Assembly (NCBI GenBank): GCA_000002435.2 | Contig: CM018793.1 | DNA: 64,000 nucleotides | Reading direction: 5' to 3' (one strand) | Source: Giardia intestinalis | Taxonomy: Eukaryota | Shown: positions 1 through 10,334 of the stretch, piece by piece | Position numbering within the stretch: position 1 is the first letter of the stretch | Layout of the letters: each line of letters opens with the position of its first letter | The notes under the pieces: model-generated | The model's input: only the letters and a program-made list of their open reading frames with translations | What the model was told of the DNA's origin: nothing | The model's database searches: none | Made by a program: the position numbers and the translations under genes

Positions 1-41
1 AATATGGCTGATTAGCGTGCAGCTGCATGCCTTTCATATTC

Positions 42-66
42 GTTTGTTTGTTTGCTTGTTTGTTTT
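42..66. repeat. Short (GTTT)n-like microsatellite in the 3' flank of the first gene
   Basis: Directly visible run gtttgtttgtttgcttgtttgtttt. Confidence 0.6.
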
Positions 67-117
67 AAACTAACAACTAGGATAGTCGCCTTGCAGCGAC
101 AAGAATATCCTACGTGG

Positions 118-1965
118 CTAAAAGAAATCAAGATCGTCGTCATCCAGAGCATTAATATCTATTTTTGGCTTACTTGGCTGAGCCGGTATAGAGCCTATGA
201 GGCCAAAGGAGTCCTCGTCTTTTAGGCTGCTATAGAGGCCTGCTGTAGCTTTTGAGGACGGCCGTTCTTTATTCTTTGCTGAAGGGTCACGAAGGAAGTC
301 ATTGATTGCAAACTTCTTTGGCTTTGCAGTTTCTTGGTTTCTAGAGGGCTTAGGATCTATCTGGTCAACCGAGTTCGCTACGACCAATGTTGGGGCATCT
401 TCCTTAACCGTCTGATGGTGACCACTAACACCCTTTTCTGTTGCAACGTTCTCTTCTGGCTTGGAAAGGTCATACTCGTCCCCCATGTTATCTAGCTCTG
501 TTGTTGACCGTGTCATGAGATTCAGAGCATTGCTGGCACGCTTAGACACACTAATTTGTGAAACTTCGGTAGACTCACGCATATGCGCGTCTGTGAGTTC
601 AGATTCTTGAATATAGTTTGACAATTCGTTAACCAATAATCCCTGCGGCTGGAGCTTTGGCTTCGTAAATGGATTGTTAGCCTGTTGTTGCGCATATGTT
701 GCCGGGTTCACGCTTTGAGTATCGTCTGATGTACTGACCGCATCTTCACTGTAGTAATGCTGCTGTGGCGGCAAGGCAGAGGGTAAGGGGGCAAGAGTTC
801 CGTTGTCAGCCTGAGAGGCAGGTGCTTGCAGGCCCCCCTGAGAAATGGGGTTATTGGAAGAGATTGGCTGCTGTAATTGCAGTGCTTGTGGTGTTTGTAT
901 CTGATGCATTTGCTGCAACTGTTGCACCTGTAATTGGAGCTGCTGGCTAAGCTGTGCCTGTAGGGACGTGATCATGTTCTGATGCTCAATGATCTGTTGT
1001 TGGTATTCTTGCAATTGCTTGGAGCATTCACATTCATGATTTTGTTGTGAGTTTTTCTGTTTCTCTGCATCGCTTGACAAACCTTCTGCTTGTTGTGGTG
1101 CTGACCGAGGGTACTGCGGTGGCAGCACGGCATCTCCAGTTGGGCTATTAATTGTCACATTCTGATAGCCCAACAAAGTCCCAGGCGCTGCTTCTTGGCT
1201 AGATTCTGATTTATCTGTCGTTAGAGATAGATTAGGTGGCAGCGGCTGAGATATCGCCAAAGCTGACGCTGGTGGGTGCTTTCTCGACTTCCGCTTGTCC
1301 TTATATGAATTGAGCTGTCCTGCATACTTGATTCCCTTCTGCGACAATTGTGGGGTTAAGTAGTTTCTGATTTCGTTGGCAGATAGCTTTAGTAGCATGT
1401 TCATGGTGACGCTTTCTCCTAGATCGAGCTCACGAAAACGCATCGCAACGTCCAGAACGCCGGTGTGTGGGTCTATTGCTGAAGATAAAGTTTTGAGATT
1501 TGTCCCCGCCTCAACTGCACGAATGCCCATATACAGGAGACTGTGACCTAAATTATACATTCCCTGTTGGATATTTGCTGCTCTTGTACGCTCAAACACA
1601 GCTGCATTGATGACAAGCTCGTGGTTTGTTTGAATACAGAATGGTGGCTGTGCTAGTGCCTGATGCTTAATTGAGGTCTGAATGCGAGCGTTGTCCTCCT
1701 TCATGTCAAAACAGTGTGGTAAGGCCATGATCCCCTTAGTTGCTACAGACCATTCGGCAGCCAATGCCTTTGTAACTGAAGACATGGCTTCAAGGGGGTC
1801 CCGCATAAAGCTAGACTCACATTTTGCTACGGAAGCCAACAGGTCACTTAAATCGACTAGGCGATTCACAACAATTCCAAAATGCTGTAGTAGTTGCTTG
1901 GTCACCTTGCCCATACTGGTAAATGTCTTCTGGGATTGTCTAACATGGTCCGAATACGATTCCAT
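118..1965 (-). CDS. Hypothetical protein (615 aa) with a structured N-terminal half and a Gln-rich, low-complexity, coiled-coil-like C-terminal half
   Basis: Long uninterrupted ORF. The start codon sits 18 bp from the divergent neighbour, as expected for Giardia gene spacing. The C-terminal half is a Q/L-rich heptad-like repeat (QLQLQVQQLQQ...). No family recognised by eye. Confidence 0.6.
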   Translation of the reverse strand: MESYSDHVRQSQKTFTSMGKVTKQLLQHFGIVVNRLVDLSDLLASVAKCESSFMRDPLEAMSSVTKALAAEWSVATKGIMALPHCFDMKEDNARIQTSIKHQALAQPPFCIQTNHELVINAAVFERTRAANIQQGMYNLGHSLLYMGIRAVEAGTNLKTLSSAIDPHTGVLDVAMRFRELDLGESVTMNMLLKLSANEIRNYLTPQLSQKGIKYAGQLNSYKDKRKSRKHPPASALAISQPLPPNLSLTTDKSESSQEAAPGTLLGYQNVTINSPTGDAVLPPQYPRSAPQQAEGLSSDAEKQKNSQQNHECECSKQLQEYQQQIIEHQNMITSLQAQLSQQLQLQVQQLQQMHQIQTPQALQLQQPISSNNPISQGGLQAPASQADNGTLAPLPSALPPQQHYYSEDAVSTSDDTQSVNPATYAQQQANNPFTKPKLQPQGLLVNELSNYIQESELTDAHMRESTEVSQISVSKRASNALNLMTRSTTELDNMGDEYDLSKPEENVATEKGVSGHHQTVKEDAPTLVVANSVDQIDPKPSRNQETAKPKKFAINDFLRDPSAKNKERPSSKATAGLYSSLKDEDSFGLIGSIPAQPSKPKIDINALDDDDLDFF

Positions 1966-1983
1966 ATTTTATTGAGACCGGGA

Positions 1984-3372
1984 ATGGAGACACCCTTAAT
2001 GAGATCCGCTGCCGTTGGAAATGTCTCCAAAGTGCGTGAGCTGCGGGCCGAGTATTCGGGACGGCAGAATAACGCTGGCTTTACAGCGCTTATGAAGGCG
2101 ATTTCCTACAAACACTTGGAGGCGGCCCGACTCCTCGTCAATGACGAAGCAGGGGCATCTACAGATACAGGACACACCGCACTTATGTTAGCAGCACAGT
2201 ATGGGTTTGTAGATCTAGTTAAGCAGCTGATCCCAGCGGAGGCGGGACAGCAGAACAAGGAGGGTTGGTCTGCTTTGATGATAGCCCTCAACAACCGGCA
2301 AAAAGAGGTGGCGCATTTGCTAGTACCAAAGGAAGCTGGGTTAAGCAAAGCAGACGGGTGGACGGCGCTCATGTTCGCTGCACAAGCAGGATATGCAGAT
2401 ATTGTCTCTCTTCTGCTTCACACGGAGAAGTCACGGCAATCTAACAAGGGTTGGACAGCACTAATGATCGCAGCAGATTCGGGAGCAACAAACATCTGCA
2501 AAATATTACTCAGTGAGGCGGGGATGAGAAAGATAGACGGTATAACGGCCATGATGATAGCAGCTAGACGTGGACACTCAGATATTGTTCAGCTTCTACT
2601 GAACAAGGAATTTGGTTTACGCACATTGCAAGGCCAGACAGCGTACTCATTTGCCTTTGCTGCTGGCCACCGCAATGTCTGTGCACTGCTTTCTGAGGAA
2701 TCTGGTGACAAGGATATGCCGCAGACAATCACCAGGCAGGCACTAATCCCCATAGAGTCGACGCTGTGCACTGCAGATCTAGCAGGGCAAAGTAGAGACG
2801 GCGGTCCCTTACAAACAGTCTCTGCTGCTGACCAAGGCACATTGCTAGAAATAGATATGCTAAAGAAAACCATAGAAAGTCTATCTATGCAATTAAACTC
2901 CTCGGTTGAGACAGTGGCTTCTCTGGAAAGGATTGTCAACAGACAGACAGCTCAGATCAACGAGCTTTACATACTCATCGGTGGCATCTTGCAGAATAGA
3001 GACATGTCTCCTCTTACGGTTAAGCTTCCCAGCTCTGCAGAGGAGGTAGAGTCCAGCCTTGTTTCAATACCTGTCCGCCCAGACCATAACACACAGAACC
3101 TTAGCCCAGATCCTTCCATTTTTGATCTCCCGCCAAACTGCTTGCATTCAGCTGAGTTTACTACTGTGCCAGAAGGCGTCGAAGAAGACAGGCCTAGTTT
3201 ATCAAGCAGTCCGACAAGAGACCTTGCCTCTTCTGATACCTCTTTAGACATTGTTTGTCTTCCTTGTGAACACATATGCCACTTTGCAAGCTTGGCGCAG
3301 CTTGAGGCTTCAAAAAAATGTGTGATATGTGAAATGTCCGTAGACGATTATATCGAAGTAAATACAAAATAA
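1984..3372 (+). CDS. Ankyrin-repeat protein (Giardia 'protein 21.1' type) with a central coiled-coil and a C-terminal Cys-rich RING/zinc-finger-like motif
   Basis: Repeated ankyrin signatures GxTALMxAAxxGHxxxVxLL (TALMLAAQYGFVDLVKQLI, GWSALMIALNN, GWTALMFAAQAGYADIVSLLL, GWTALMIAADSGATNICKILL). The C-terminus CLPCEHICHF...CVICE is Cys/His-rich. The ORF track begins at 1894, but that overlaps the minus-strand gene; the in-frame Met at 1984 (METPLMRSAAVGN) is the more likely start. Confidence 0.8.
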   Translation: METPLMRSAAVGNVSKVRELRAEYSGRQNNAGFTALMKAISYKHLEAARLLVNDEAGASTDTGHTALMLAAQYGFVDLVKQLIPAEAGQQNKEGWSALMIALNNRQKEVAHLLVPKEAGLSKADGWTALMFAAQAGYADIVSLLLHTEKSRQSNKGWTALMIAADSGATNICKILLSEAGMRKIDGITAMMIAARRGHSDIVQLLLNKEFGLRTLQGQTAYSFAFAAGHRNVCALLSEESGDKDMPQTITRQALIPIESTLCTADLAGQSRDGGPLQTVSAADQGTLLEIDMLKKTIESLSMQLNSSVETVASLERIVNRQTAQINELYILIGGILQNRDMSPLTVKLPSSAEEVESSLVSIPVRPDHNTQNLSPDPSIFDLPPNCLHSAEFTTVPEGVEEDRPSLSSSPTRDLASSDTSLDIVCLPCEHICHFASLAQLEASKKCVICEMSVDDYIEVNTK

Positions 3373-3459
3373 TCCGCTCTACTACACAAGACGCATGTTA
3401 GTGCTGCTCACGATTGACAAGGAAAGTAGCCGGGCTGAGCTATTGCTTTATGTTATTTT

Positions 3460-4113
3460 CTAATAGTGCAGTTGCTGGTCAGGGATTGACTCACTGATGC
3501 TTGCAAGAGGCCCGTGACCTGGGTAGATCAAGTAGCCTGGACAGCGGCTTTTGAGTCTTCGGATAGAATCCTTATGACTAATTCTGTGTGCCTCTGGGAA
3601 ATCCAAACGACCATACCCATTTGCAAAAAGAGTGTCGCCCGTACAAACGACCTTGTCTGCATCACTTAGTAGGCAAACAGAGCCTGGTGTGTGGCCTGGC
3701 GTATGGATAACCTCCAATGTTATGCCGTCGATGTCCCAGCTATCATCGCTACCGAAAGTTTCATCGGGACGGCATGGAAAATGCTTAGGAACCTCTGCCC
3801 CGCACTCCTTTGCTGTAGACAACAGATTATCCCATAGAAAAAGGTCAGCTTGATGACACATGATCTTTAGGGGTGGATAACGCTGTATGTACTTCTTCTT
3901 GAACTCTCCTGCGTAGAGAGCATTATCAAAGTGAACGTGTGTTAGAAGAATTGCCTTAACGGTGAGCTTGAGGTGTTGAATTGTTTTGTCTATGACCGGC
4001 GCCTCCCACCCAGGGTCTATCAGTATTGCTGACCGCGTTCTCTCGTTATAGAGAACTATACAGTTCGATTGTAAAGGCCCCACGGGCTCCGAAACTATCC
4101 TTAATTCTGTCAT
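3460..4113 (-). CDS. Metallo-beta-lactamase-fold hydrolase, glyoxalase II (hydroxyacylglutathione hydrolase)-like
   Basis: The MBL motifs appear in order: LLTHVHFDN (a HxHxDH variant with terminal N), HTPGHTPGS, CTGDTLF, PGHGP. The 217-aa length fits. Confidence 0.75.
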   Translation of the reverse strand: MTELRIVSEPVGPLQSNCIVLYNERTRSAILIDPGWEAPVIDKTIQHLKLTVKAILLTHVHFDNALYAGEFKKKYIQRYPPLKIMCHQADLFLWDNLLSTAKECGAEVPKHFPCRPDETFGSDDSWDIDGITLEVIHTPGHTPGSVCLLSDADKVVCTGDTLFANGYGRLDFPEAHRISHKDSIRRLKSRCPGYLIYPGHGPLASISESIPDQQLHY

Positions 4114-4242
4114 TCTTTTTGTGCTATATCGAAAGTGGGATTGTAGCTAGACACTCAGTTTTAGTTCTTGTGCCCGTGGAGCTAGCAGATAACTTGCTTC
4201 CTTGGACAGCCAAACTACACCATCAAAACTAAAAGAAAATTT

Positions 4243-6036
4243 ATGCCAGGTCAGTTTGCCGACAAGTATCAAGAACTGGAACTCCTAGGTACAGGTAATT
4301 TTGGAAGAGTATATAAAGTAGTAGAAAGGAAAGAGGGAAAGAAATTTGCATGTAAGGAGATATTCTTACCGAAGCTTCCAGAGGATCTCGTGGATGCCCA
4401 GATGAGGGAAGTGGCGCTCCTGAAGACAATTAAGCACCCCAACATTGTGGAAGTTGTCGATGCATTTCACGAGGGAGACTATTTGTATATACTAATGCCT
4501 ATCTATTCGCACGGCGACTTGGTAGCTTACCGCAAGAAGAAGACTCTTTCTGAAGCAGATGTCCTTGTTATTTTGATCCAGGTGCTCCAGGCCCTTGCAT
4601 TTCTCCATGGAGTTCGGGAAGCTACAAGCGGTATCCCGTCGAAGATTGTGCACCGTGACATAAAGCCTGCAAACATCCTTATGGGAGAGGACGACGTGGT
4701 AGTGCTTACTGACTTTGGACTGAGTAAGATCATTGATAACATGACTGATATGCAGACAGTGGCAGGGTCTGTCGCATATATCGCACCAGAGATGCATGCC
4801 AGGTCAGCATACACGGAGGCAGTAGATATCTGGAGCCTCGGTGTCACCATCTACGAACTTATAGCCAATGGCAAGCCTCTAATCAATTCATTTTTCGGGT
4901 CACATATATTGCAGGAGATACAACAATGGAAGAGGCCACTTGTTATCCCTAATGCATCACAAGACCTTGCTAAAATACTAAATCTAATGCTTACCTTCAG
5001 CCCTGAAAACAGGCCAACGGCCCTTGAGCTCCTTACAATGCCTGCGCTTCAGCGTGTCCGTAGATCCCTACTTGAGAAGGGCCCCATTACCAAGACTCAT
5101 ACAAAGTTACTTACATCTTATCTAAAGACAACCCCAGCAACGTACCTGACAGACGTAGATGAAGATGGCAACAACATTGTTATGAGGTGCATTCTACACG
5201 GAGCATTCCATTTGGTTAGTGATATACTGAAGTGCTTTCGTGGAGAAGTAAACGCTGCAGGAAAGACAGCCCTCATGATTGCAGCTGAGCTTAATGCTAC
5301 AGACGTTATAGCCCAACTGATAAGGCCGCAGAAGGGGCATATTGATGAGCGGCGTATGAGGGATGCACGAGGAAAAACAGCCCTTATGCATGCAGCAGAG
5401 AAGGGTGACGTGTGTGAAGCTTCTGTTAAGCTATTGAAAGATGCCGAAGCCAGGCTTACAACTCCCGAGCAATGGACAGCTTTGATGATGGCAGCAGCCA
5501 ACGGCTCTATGCTAATTGTACGTCAGCTTCAAGGTCTAGAGGCAGGCATGACCAATAACACTGGGCAAACCGCCTTGATGATTGCTGCTGCTGCGAACAG
5601 AGTAGAGGTGGTGCGCCAGCTTTTAAGATTCGAGGTCCGTAAAAGGGACTCTGCAAGAAGAACTGCACTGATGTATGCTGCTATGAATGGACATGAGGAA
5701 TGCGTAGGTATACTCAGACGGTACGAAGCAAAAATGCGGGACAAGGAGAAACTAACGGCACTAGCCCATGCTATTACGCGACGACACGCAGGGGCTGCTT
5801 GCCTCCTCATTGCAGCAGAGGAAGGAATTTTGATCAAGAAGCGGTCTTGCTATAGACTCGCCATAGAGTCCAACATGAGGGATATAATAGGATACTTCAG
5901 TAAGAGCATGACAAACAGCAACGTTTCCGCCCATGTTGATCTTGAGACGAGCAGCCTGTCCATGTCGAGTGCGTTATCAGTTGCTATTTCAGGTTGCGAT
6001 ATGTCGTGCTCCACTTTTGACTCTTGTATTCCTTAG
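4243..6036 (+). CDS. NEK-family Ser/Thr protein kinase with C-terminal ankyrin repeats
   Basis: Gly loop LGTGNFGRVYKV, VAIK-like FACKEI, catalytic loop HRDIKPANIL, DFGLSK, and activation-loop GSVAYIAPE, followed by ankyrin units (GKTALMIAAELNATDVIAQLI, GKTALMHAAEKGD, TALMMAAANGSMLIVRQL, GQTALMIAAAANRVEVVRQLL). Confidence 0.85.
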   Translation: MPGQFADKYQELELLGTGNFGRVYKVVERKEGKKFACKEIFLPKLPEDLVDAQMREVALLKTIKHPNIVEVVDAFHEGDYLYILMPIYSHGDLVAYRKKKTLSEADVLVILIQVLQALAFLHGVREATSGIPSKIVHRDIKPANILMGEDDVVVLTDFGLSKIIDNMTDMQTVAGSVAYIAPEMHARSAYTEAVDIWSLGVTIYELIANGKPLINSFFGSHILQEIQQWKRPLVIPNASQDLAKILNLMLTFSPENRPTALELLTMPALQRVRRSLLEKGPITKTHTKLLTSYLKTTPATYLTDVDEDGNNIVMRCILHGAFHLVSDILKCFRGEVNAAGKTALMIAAELNATDVIAQLIRPQKGHIDERRMRDARGKTALMHAAEKGDVCEASVKLLKDAEARLTTPEQWTALMMAAANGSMLIVRQLQGLEAGMTNNTGQTALMIAAAANRVEVVRQLLRFEVRKRDSARRTALMYAAMNGHEECVGILRRYEAKMRDKEKLTALAHAITRRHAGAACLLIAAEEGILIKKRSCYRLAIESNMRDIIGYFSKSMTNSNVSAHVDLETSSLSMSSALSVAISGCDMSCSTFDSCIP

Positions 6037-6105
6037 CGTGCACTAGGCAAATTACAGGCTTATCAATCCATAATTCGGACCCTGGAGTTAGATTAAGCAG
6101 ACACC

Positions 6106-6990
6106 GTGCAAAATAAAATGCTATACATGATAGGACTAGGCTTTATGCCGGAGGACATTTCTGTAAGGGCTCTCCGTGCTGTGCGAAGCTGCACTAGGGT
6201 CTATCTAGATACATACACAAGCGTAATTATTAGTTACGAGGATATGCGACATCTTATGGAGAATGTATTGCAGCGGACAGATCTAATACAATGTGATCGG
6301 AAAGCCGTCGAGCAAGAAGAGGATAAGATCATTGCCGATGCCCTGCAATACAACGTCGCTTTTTTGGTCGCCGGAGACGTTTTTTGTGCCACTACACACA
6401 CCAACCTCTACCTGAAAGCTGTTCAGCAAAAGGTTTCTGTGGTTGTAATGCACAATGCAAGCATTATGACTGCTGTGTCTTGTACAGGTCTGGAGATGTA
6501 TCGTTTTGGCAGAACCGTTTCCATTCCCATCTTCACTTCTACCTGGCGACCATCTAGTTTTATGGACTATTATCTTGAGAATGCTCGTCTCAATCTTCAT
6601 ACATTAGTATTGTTGCAGATGAGCACTAGAGAGCTCGATATGGATCTCTATTGCAACAAGGGCCTTGAGCGATACAGCGATCCGTACTACTTACTTCCTA
6701 ATCAAGCTGCACGCCAAATCCTCTCCCTTGTTGATGAGCATCCCGATGCCTATAAGCAAGTCTCTGATAAGACCCTTGTTGTAGTCTGCTGCCGCGTGGG
6801 TACAGACACCCAGTTCATTGAGTTGACCACGCTCGGTAGGTGTGCATCGCAAGCCGATGAGTACTATGGCAAGCCGATGTATGCGCTAGTCGTACCAAGT
6901 CCATCTATAGCGGAGCAAGAATCTCGCATGCTAGAGCTGTTTACAGAGGATGCTAGTGTCAAGAACACGCTCAAGGAGGTTACTCGTTAA
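6106..6990 (+). CDS. DPH5: Diphthine synthase (diphthamide biosynthesis methyltransferase, tetrapyrrole-methylase fold)
   Basis: N-terminus MLYMIGLGFMPEDISVRALRAVRSCTRVYLDTYTS closely matches the conserved DPH5 N-terminus (MLYLIGLGL...DITVKGLE.V..C.RVYLE.YTS). The likely true start is the Met at 6118. Confidence 0.85.
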   Translation: MQNKMLYMIGLGFMPEDISVRALRAVRSCTRVYLDTYTSVIISYEDMRHLMENVLQRTDLIQCDRKAVEQEEDKIIADALQYNVAFLVAGDVFCATTHTNLYLKAVQQKVSVVVMHNASIMTAVSCTGLEMYRFGRTVSIPIFTSTWRPSSFMDYYLENARLNLHTLVLLQMSTRELDMDLYCNKGLERYSDPYYLLPNQAARQILSLVDEHPDAYKQVSDKTLVVVCCRVGTDTQFIELTTLGRCASQADEYYGKPMYALVVPSPSIAEQESRMLELFTEDASVKNTLKEVTR

Positions 6991-6992
6991 TG

Positions 6993-8816
6993 CTAGAATA
7001 GGCCAAAGAACCTTTTCTTCTTAGGTACGTCAGCTTTTTCTACAACTTCTTTGCTAGACTCTCTTTCGGGCTCGTCAACACTAGAATTCATTATGAAATC
7101 AGGAACCAGTAAGTCAGGAACCATGTCCTCGGTATAGGGAGGCGGTAGCAGGCCGTATAGCTGGAAGACTACGGGGTCCATCCTCTTTTGAGCCTCCACC
7201 ATAAGCACTATCAGCCTGTTGGTGGACAAGGTCGCTATGTTGGAAAATAATTTATCATTCTTAAGAACGCCTATCAGTAATGATACTAGCCCCGGAAACA
7301 GGCCACCCAATTCAGTAATCTTTGATTGGATGAGATCTGGCTTCACGGTGGCCGATGCTGCACTTAGTTGGGAAAAGCGGGAGCTGGCTTGCCTCAGTAG
7401 GTCCTTTTTCAGCTTGTTATTCTCTGCGTCCCCGCTGACATCTTCTTGGTGTTTATTACACAAGAAGAGAGCGGATTCAAAGCTGTGGAGAGCCAACAGG
7501 AGAGACAATAGCGGATCATTTGTGGCATTCAGTGCATGTATTGCACGGTGAGTTGGCGCAGTCATGCCCTCAAGGACGGCGATCGTTTCAACTATCAGCG
7601 TTAAGGCGCCCTTACCCTTTAAAGGTAGCGATCCAAGGGATACAGCAGGGGCTGTGTCCGTATCGATAAGGAATATTTCTTCCTGGAAATAGACAAGCCT
7701 ATAAATCACCATGGTTAGGCCAGAAATCAATTTTAGGAGTCGCATTTCCCCATTGAGGACACGAAGAATGGCATCTAATCGGGGCTTATCAAATGAACCT
7801 GTCTTCTCACGATACACTAGGCATAGGGTCCTAAATCTTGCAAGCCATACCTTATAAATGGCTAGTTTCTTCCCTGCGGTCTTGAGTCCGATTGATACCT
7901 CGCTTAGCGTCTTGCGGAGGGCTTCATCTTTGCTTCCAAAATAGAACTGTGTTGCACACCCATAGAACGCTTCATAGCCCGACAGAAGTTCACAAACTAT
8001 AGAGGAAGGGTCTCCGATAGATGATCGCGCTTCTAGAAGTGGCTCCAAGCGTTTAGAAAGAGGTCCCTGAGGACGGGCTAGAGACGTGCGGCCAGTTAAA
8101 AGACAAAGATCTAGCGCCGCACCAAATTCCATGTCGTCGGCTGTGGCTAGCCCCGCAATAGTTTCTGCTACTATCTGACTACGCTCATTATCCAGGAGCT
8201 TAGCAACCACTGGATCGTCTACAAACGCGGAAACCATATAAATGCAGTAATTTCTACGTTTCTCAATTTCATCAGAGAAGAACTGCAGTCCAGCAAGGTC
8301 TGCACCAGGAGCTGCCTTCATCTTGTCAAGTAATGCCTTGGCAACATCGAAGTCCGAAGCGGCTGCTGTATAGTCCTCACGTTCATGCTTCAGGACACCT
8401 CTTAAATAGTGCATATAGAAGAGACAGGAAGCGTAAACAGCAGAGCCTTTTTTGCCCAATGTTTCCACAACAGAAGCTCTTTCTACAGCGCGATGAAGAC
8501 GAGTAAATACCCGGCGTCGCATCTTGCTGTAAAGGGCGTCTGTCTGCATGGCTTGGTGCGCCTGCATGGCCTCGCCAAGCGCTCGTTCAGCTTCGAAGAG
8601 AACAAGTAGGAGTAGGTTCTCATAAGCAGATGGACTCCTGTGCTCTTCAGGTAAATCGTTCTCGTCTCTATAAAAGATGCTTTTAACACCGACGGTGTGT
8701 CTATAATGGGCTATACGATGGGCACAGCGGTTTCTATAGCGTTTGAAGTCTGAGACGACATAGCCGTCATCTCTTCTAGCGGCATAAACGATGGAGACCA
8801 CATTCAAAGCTGGCAT
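6993..8816 (-). CDS. SRP68: Signal recognition particle 68-kDa subunit (SRP68)-like protein
   Basis: SDFKRYRNRCAHRIAHYRH, LLLLVLFEAERALGEAMQ and RRNYCIYMV align with the SRP68 RNA-binding region (GDFQRYRGYCSRR.., LLLVLMDAERAWSYAMQ, IRYCAYNI). The 607-aa length fits. Confidence 0.7.
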   Translation of the reverse strand: MPALNVVSIVYAARRDDGYVVSDFKRYRNRCAHRIAHYRHTVGVKSIFYRDENDLPEEHRSPSAYENLLLLVLFEAERALGEAMQAHQAMQTDALYSKMRRRVFTRLHRAVERASVVETLGKKGSAVYASCLFYMHYLRGVLKHEREDYTAAASDFDVAKALLDKMKAAPGADLAGLQFFSDEIEKRRNYCIYMVSAFVDDPVVAKLLDNERSQIVAETIAGLATADDMEFGAALDLCLLTGRTSLARPQGPLSKRLEPLLEARSSIGDPSSIVCELLSGYEAFYGCATQFYFGSKDEALRKTLSEVSIGLKTAGKKLAIYKVWLARFRTLCLVYREKTGSFDKPRLDAILRVLNGEMRLLKLISGLTMVIYRLVYFQEEIFLIDTDTAPAVSLGSLPLKGKGALTLIVETIAVLEGMTAPTHRAIHALNATNDPLLSLLLALHSFESALFLCNKHQEDVSGDAENNKLKKDLLRQASSRFSQLSAASATVKPDLIQSKITELGGLFPGLVSLLIGVLKNDKLFSNIATLSTNRLIVLMVEAQKRMDPVVFQLYGLLPPPYTEDMVPDLLVPDFIMNSSVDEPERESSKEVVEKADVPKKKRFFGLF

Positions 8817-8935
8817 TTTTTTTAAAGAGATCTGTTATATGTTTATGTATTGTCTGAGTTGAGCGGCCTCAGACAGCCCTAATATAACAGTCCTGTGGAT
8901 GTACATACATAAATAATTCAGCCAAAAAAATTAAA

Positions 8936-10240
8936 ATGATCAAGGCGGTCATTCTTTTGGATGATGTAGGTGAGCTTATCTTGCAGCGCGTTTTTATGGG
9001 TTCGTTCGACAAGACAGCCCTGGACCTTCTTCGTACCCACGTCTTAGGAGGGTCAATTTCACAGCCTATCCTTAGAATTCCGCCCCACATATACGCATAC
9101 AAGAGGTGCGATGCACTCCACTTTTTCTGCACAATATCTGCCAAAACAGACACTATGTCCGCCATTACTTTCCTCGACCGTTTTTATAAGGCAATGGGGG
9201 CTTTCCTCAAGGAAAAGGAGCTGGCCGGAAATCTGAGGAAGTTTATTCCCCTTATCCATGAGCTTCTCGACGAAATGATCGACAATGGCGATGTGCAGAC
9301 GACCGATCCTGAGGTTCTCAAGCTCTTCATCCAGACCAGACAGAAAATCAATAAAGCGGAGGAGAGCAATCAGCAGATCACTGTCCAGGCAACCGGTGCT
9401 CTCTCCCACCGCCGCCAGGGAATTATTTACAAGCGCAACGAGATCTTCATCGACGTCGTTGAGTCTGTCAATGCCATGTTTAACAATGTTGGTCAGTCCC
9501 TCCATGCGGACGTCTCTGGAAAAATCATCATCAAGAACAGCCTCACAGGAATGCCGGACTGCTCTTTTGGGTTCAACGATCGTGTTGTCGGTGCTGGCGC
9601 TAACGGGCCGCGAACAGAGGTTGCACAGCAGGTCGCGGGTGTTAGCCAGGCGGGGGTCGTGATGGATGATCTATCCTTCCACCACTGTGTCCGCCTTGGG
9701 AACTTTGCTGTTGACAGGTCGATAGCCTTCGTTCCACCCGATGGTGAGTTCCAGCTTATGGCATTCCGCGTCACCGAAGAGGTCAAGGAGCCATTTTCAA
9801 TCAAGCCTATCGTCACCGTCCACGGGAGAAATCGCATGGAGATAGTCCTCAACTTGAGGTGTGGCATACCATCAAACAATGTCGCGGAGCACGTTATCGT
9901 CAGCGTGCCTATGCCCTCGAACGTCTCAGACGTCACCGCCATCGAATCACTCGGGAAGTGCAGGCTGCGAAAGGATGGCCAGGCAGCCGAGTGGCGTATC
10001 AAGTCGATCACAGGAGGCACCACTGCTACCCTTTCGATGGAGGTCCAGTGCGTAAGCTCCTCGTCCATAGACCTTCGTGAGTGGAGGAGACCTCCTCTTG
10101 CTATGAACTTTGATATTCCCATGTATACGGCATCTGGCATAGAGGTGCGCTACATAAGGATTATAGCCCAGGAAGGGTATGAGACTGAGAAGTGGCTGAC
10201 TTACAAGACAAGCGCGGGGACTTATCAGATTAGGTGGTAA
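8936..10240 (+). CDS. Clathrin adaptor (AP) complex medium/mu subunit
   Basis: N-terminal longin-like start MIKAVILLDDVGELILQRVF typical of mu/sigma adaptins. A C-terminal region of about 280 aa has the length and composition of a mu-homology domain. 434 aa total. Confidence 0.75.
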   Translation: MIKAVILLDDVGELILQRVFMGSFDKTALDLLRTHVLGGSISQPILRIPPHIYAYKRCDALHFFCTISAKTDTMSAITFLDRFYKAMGAFLKEKELAGNLRKFIPLIHELLDEMIDNGDVQTTDPEVLKLFIQTRQKINKAEESNQQITVQATGALSHRRQGIIYKRNEIFIDVVESVNAMFNNVGQSLHADVSGKIIIKNSLTGMPDCSFGFNDRVVGAGANGPRTEVAQQVAGVSQAGVVMDDLSFHHCVRLGNFAVDRSIAFVPPDGEFQLMAFRVTEEVKEPFSIKPIVTVHGRNRMEIVLNLRCGIPSNNVAEHVIVSVPMPSNVSDVTAIESLGKCRLRKDGQAAEWRIKSITGGTTATLSMEVQCVSSSSIDLREWRRPPLAMNFDIPMYTASGIEVRYIRIIAQEGYETEKWLTYKTSAGTYQIRW

Positions 10241-10334
10241 CTGCACGAAGTTCTTTGCGCGGCCTGTAAACCCAATCTTTAATCCACTGCTACAGTGCAC
10301 ATTTTCTCTCTTTTGCGCCCATTTTTCTAAAAAT

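Noticed and set aside
2106-2939. Antisense ORFs inside ankyrin-repeat genes (2106..2372, 2589..2939; similarly 5118..5837, 22280..22492, 28271..28725, 47717..47920)
   Set aside because: They show the characteristic antisense-of-ankyrin signature (AAIIRAV / AAxMRAV) and lie wholly within better-supported ankyrin or kinase genes on the opposite strand.
3085-3096. CATAACACACAG, resembling the Giardia intron branch/3' splice-site consensus (CTRACACACAG)
   Set aside because: It lies inside an uninterrupted ankyrin-protein ORF, in frame (PDHNTQN), with no upstream GTATGT donor and no frame disruption. I judge it a chance match.
9059-10140. Minus-strand ORFs (148 aa, 215 aa) within the AP mu-subunit gene
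   Set aside because: They are fully contained in, and antisense to, a gene with a recognisable adaptin mu N-terminus, with no features of their own.
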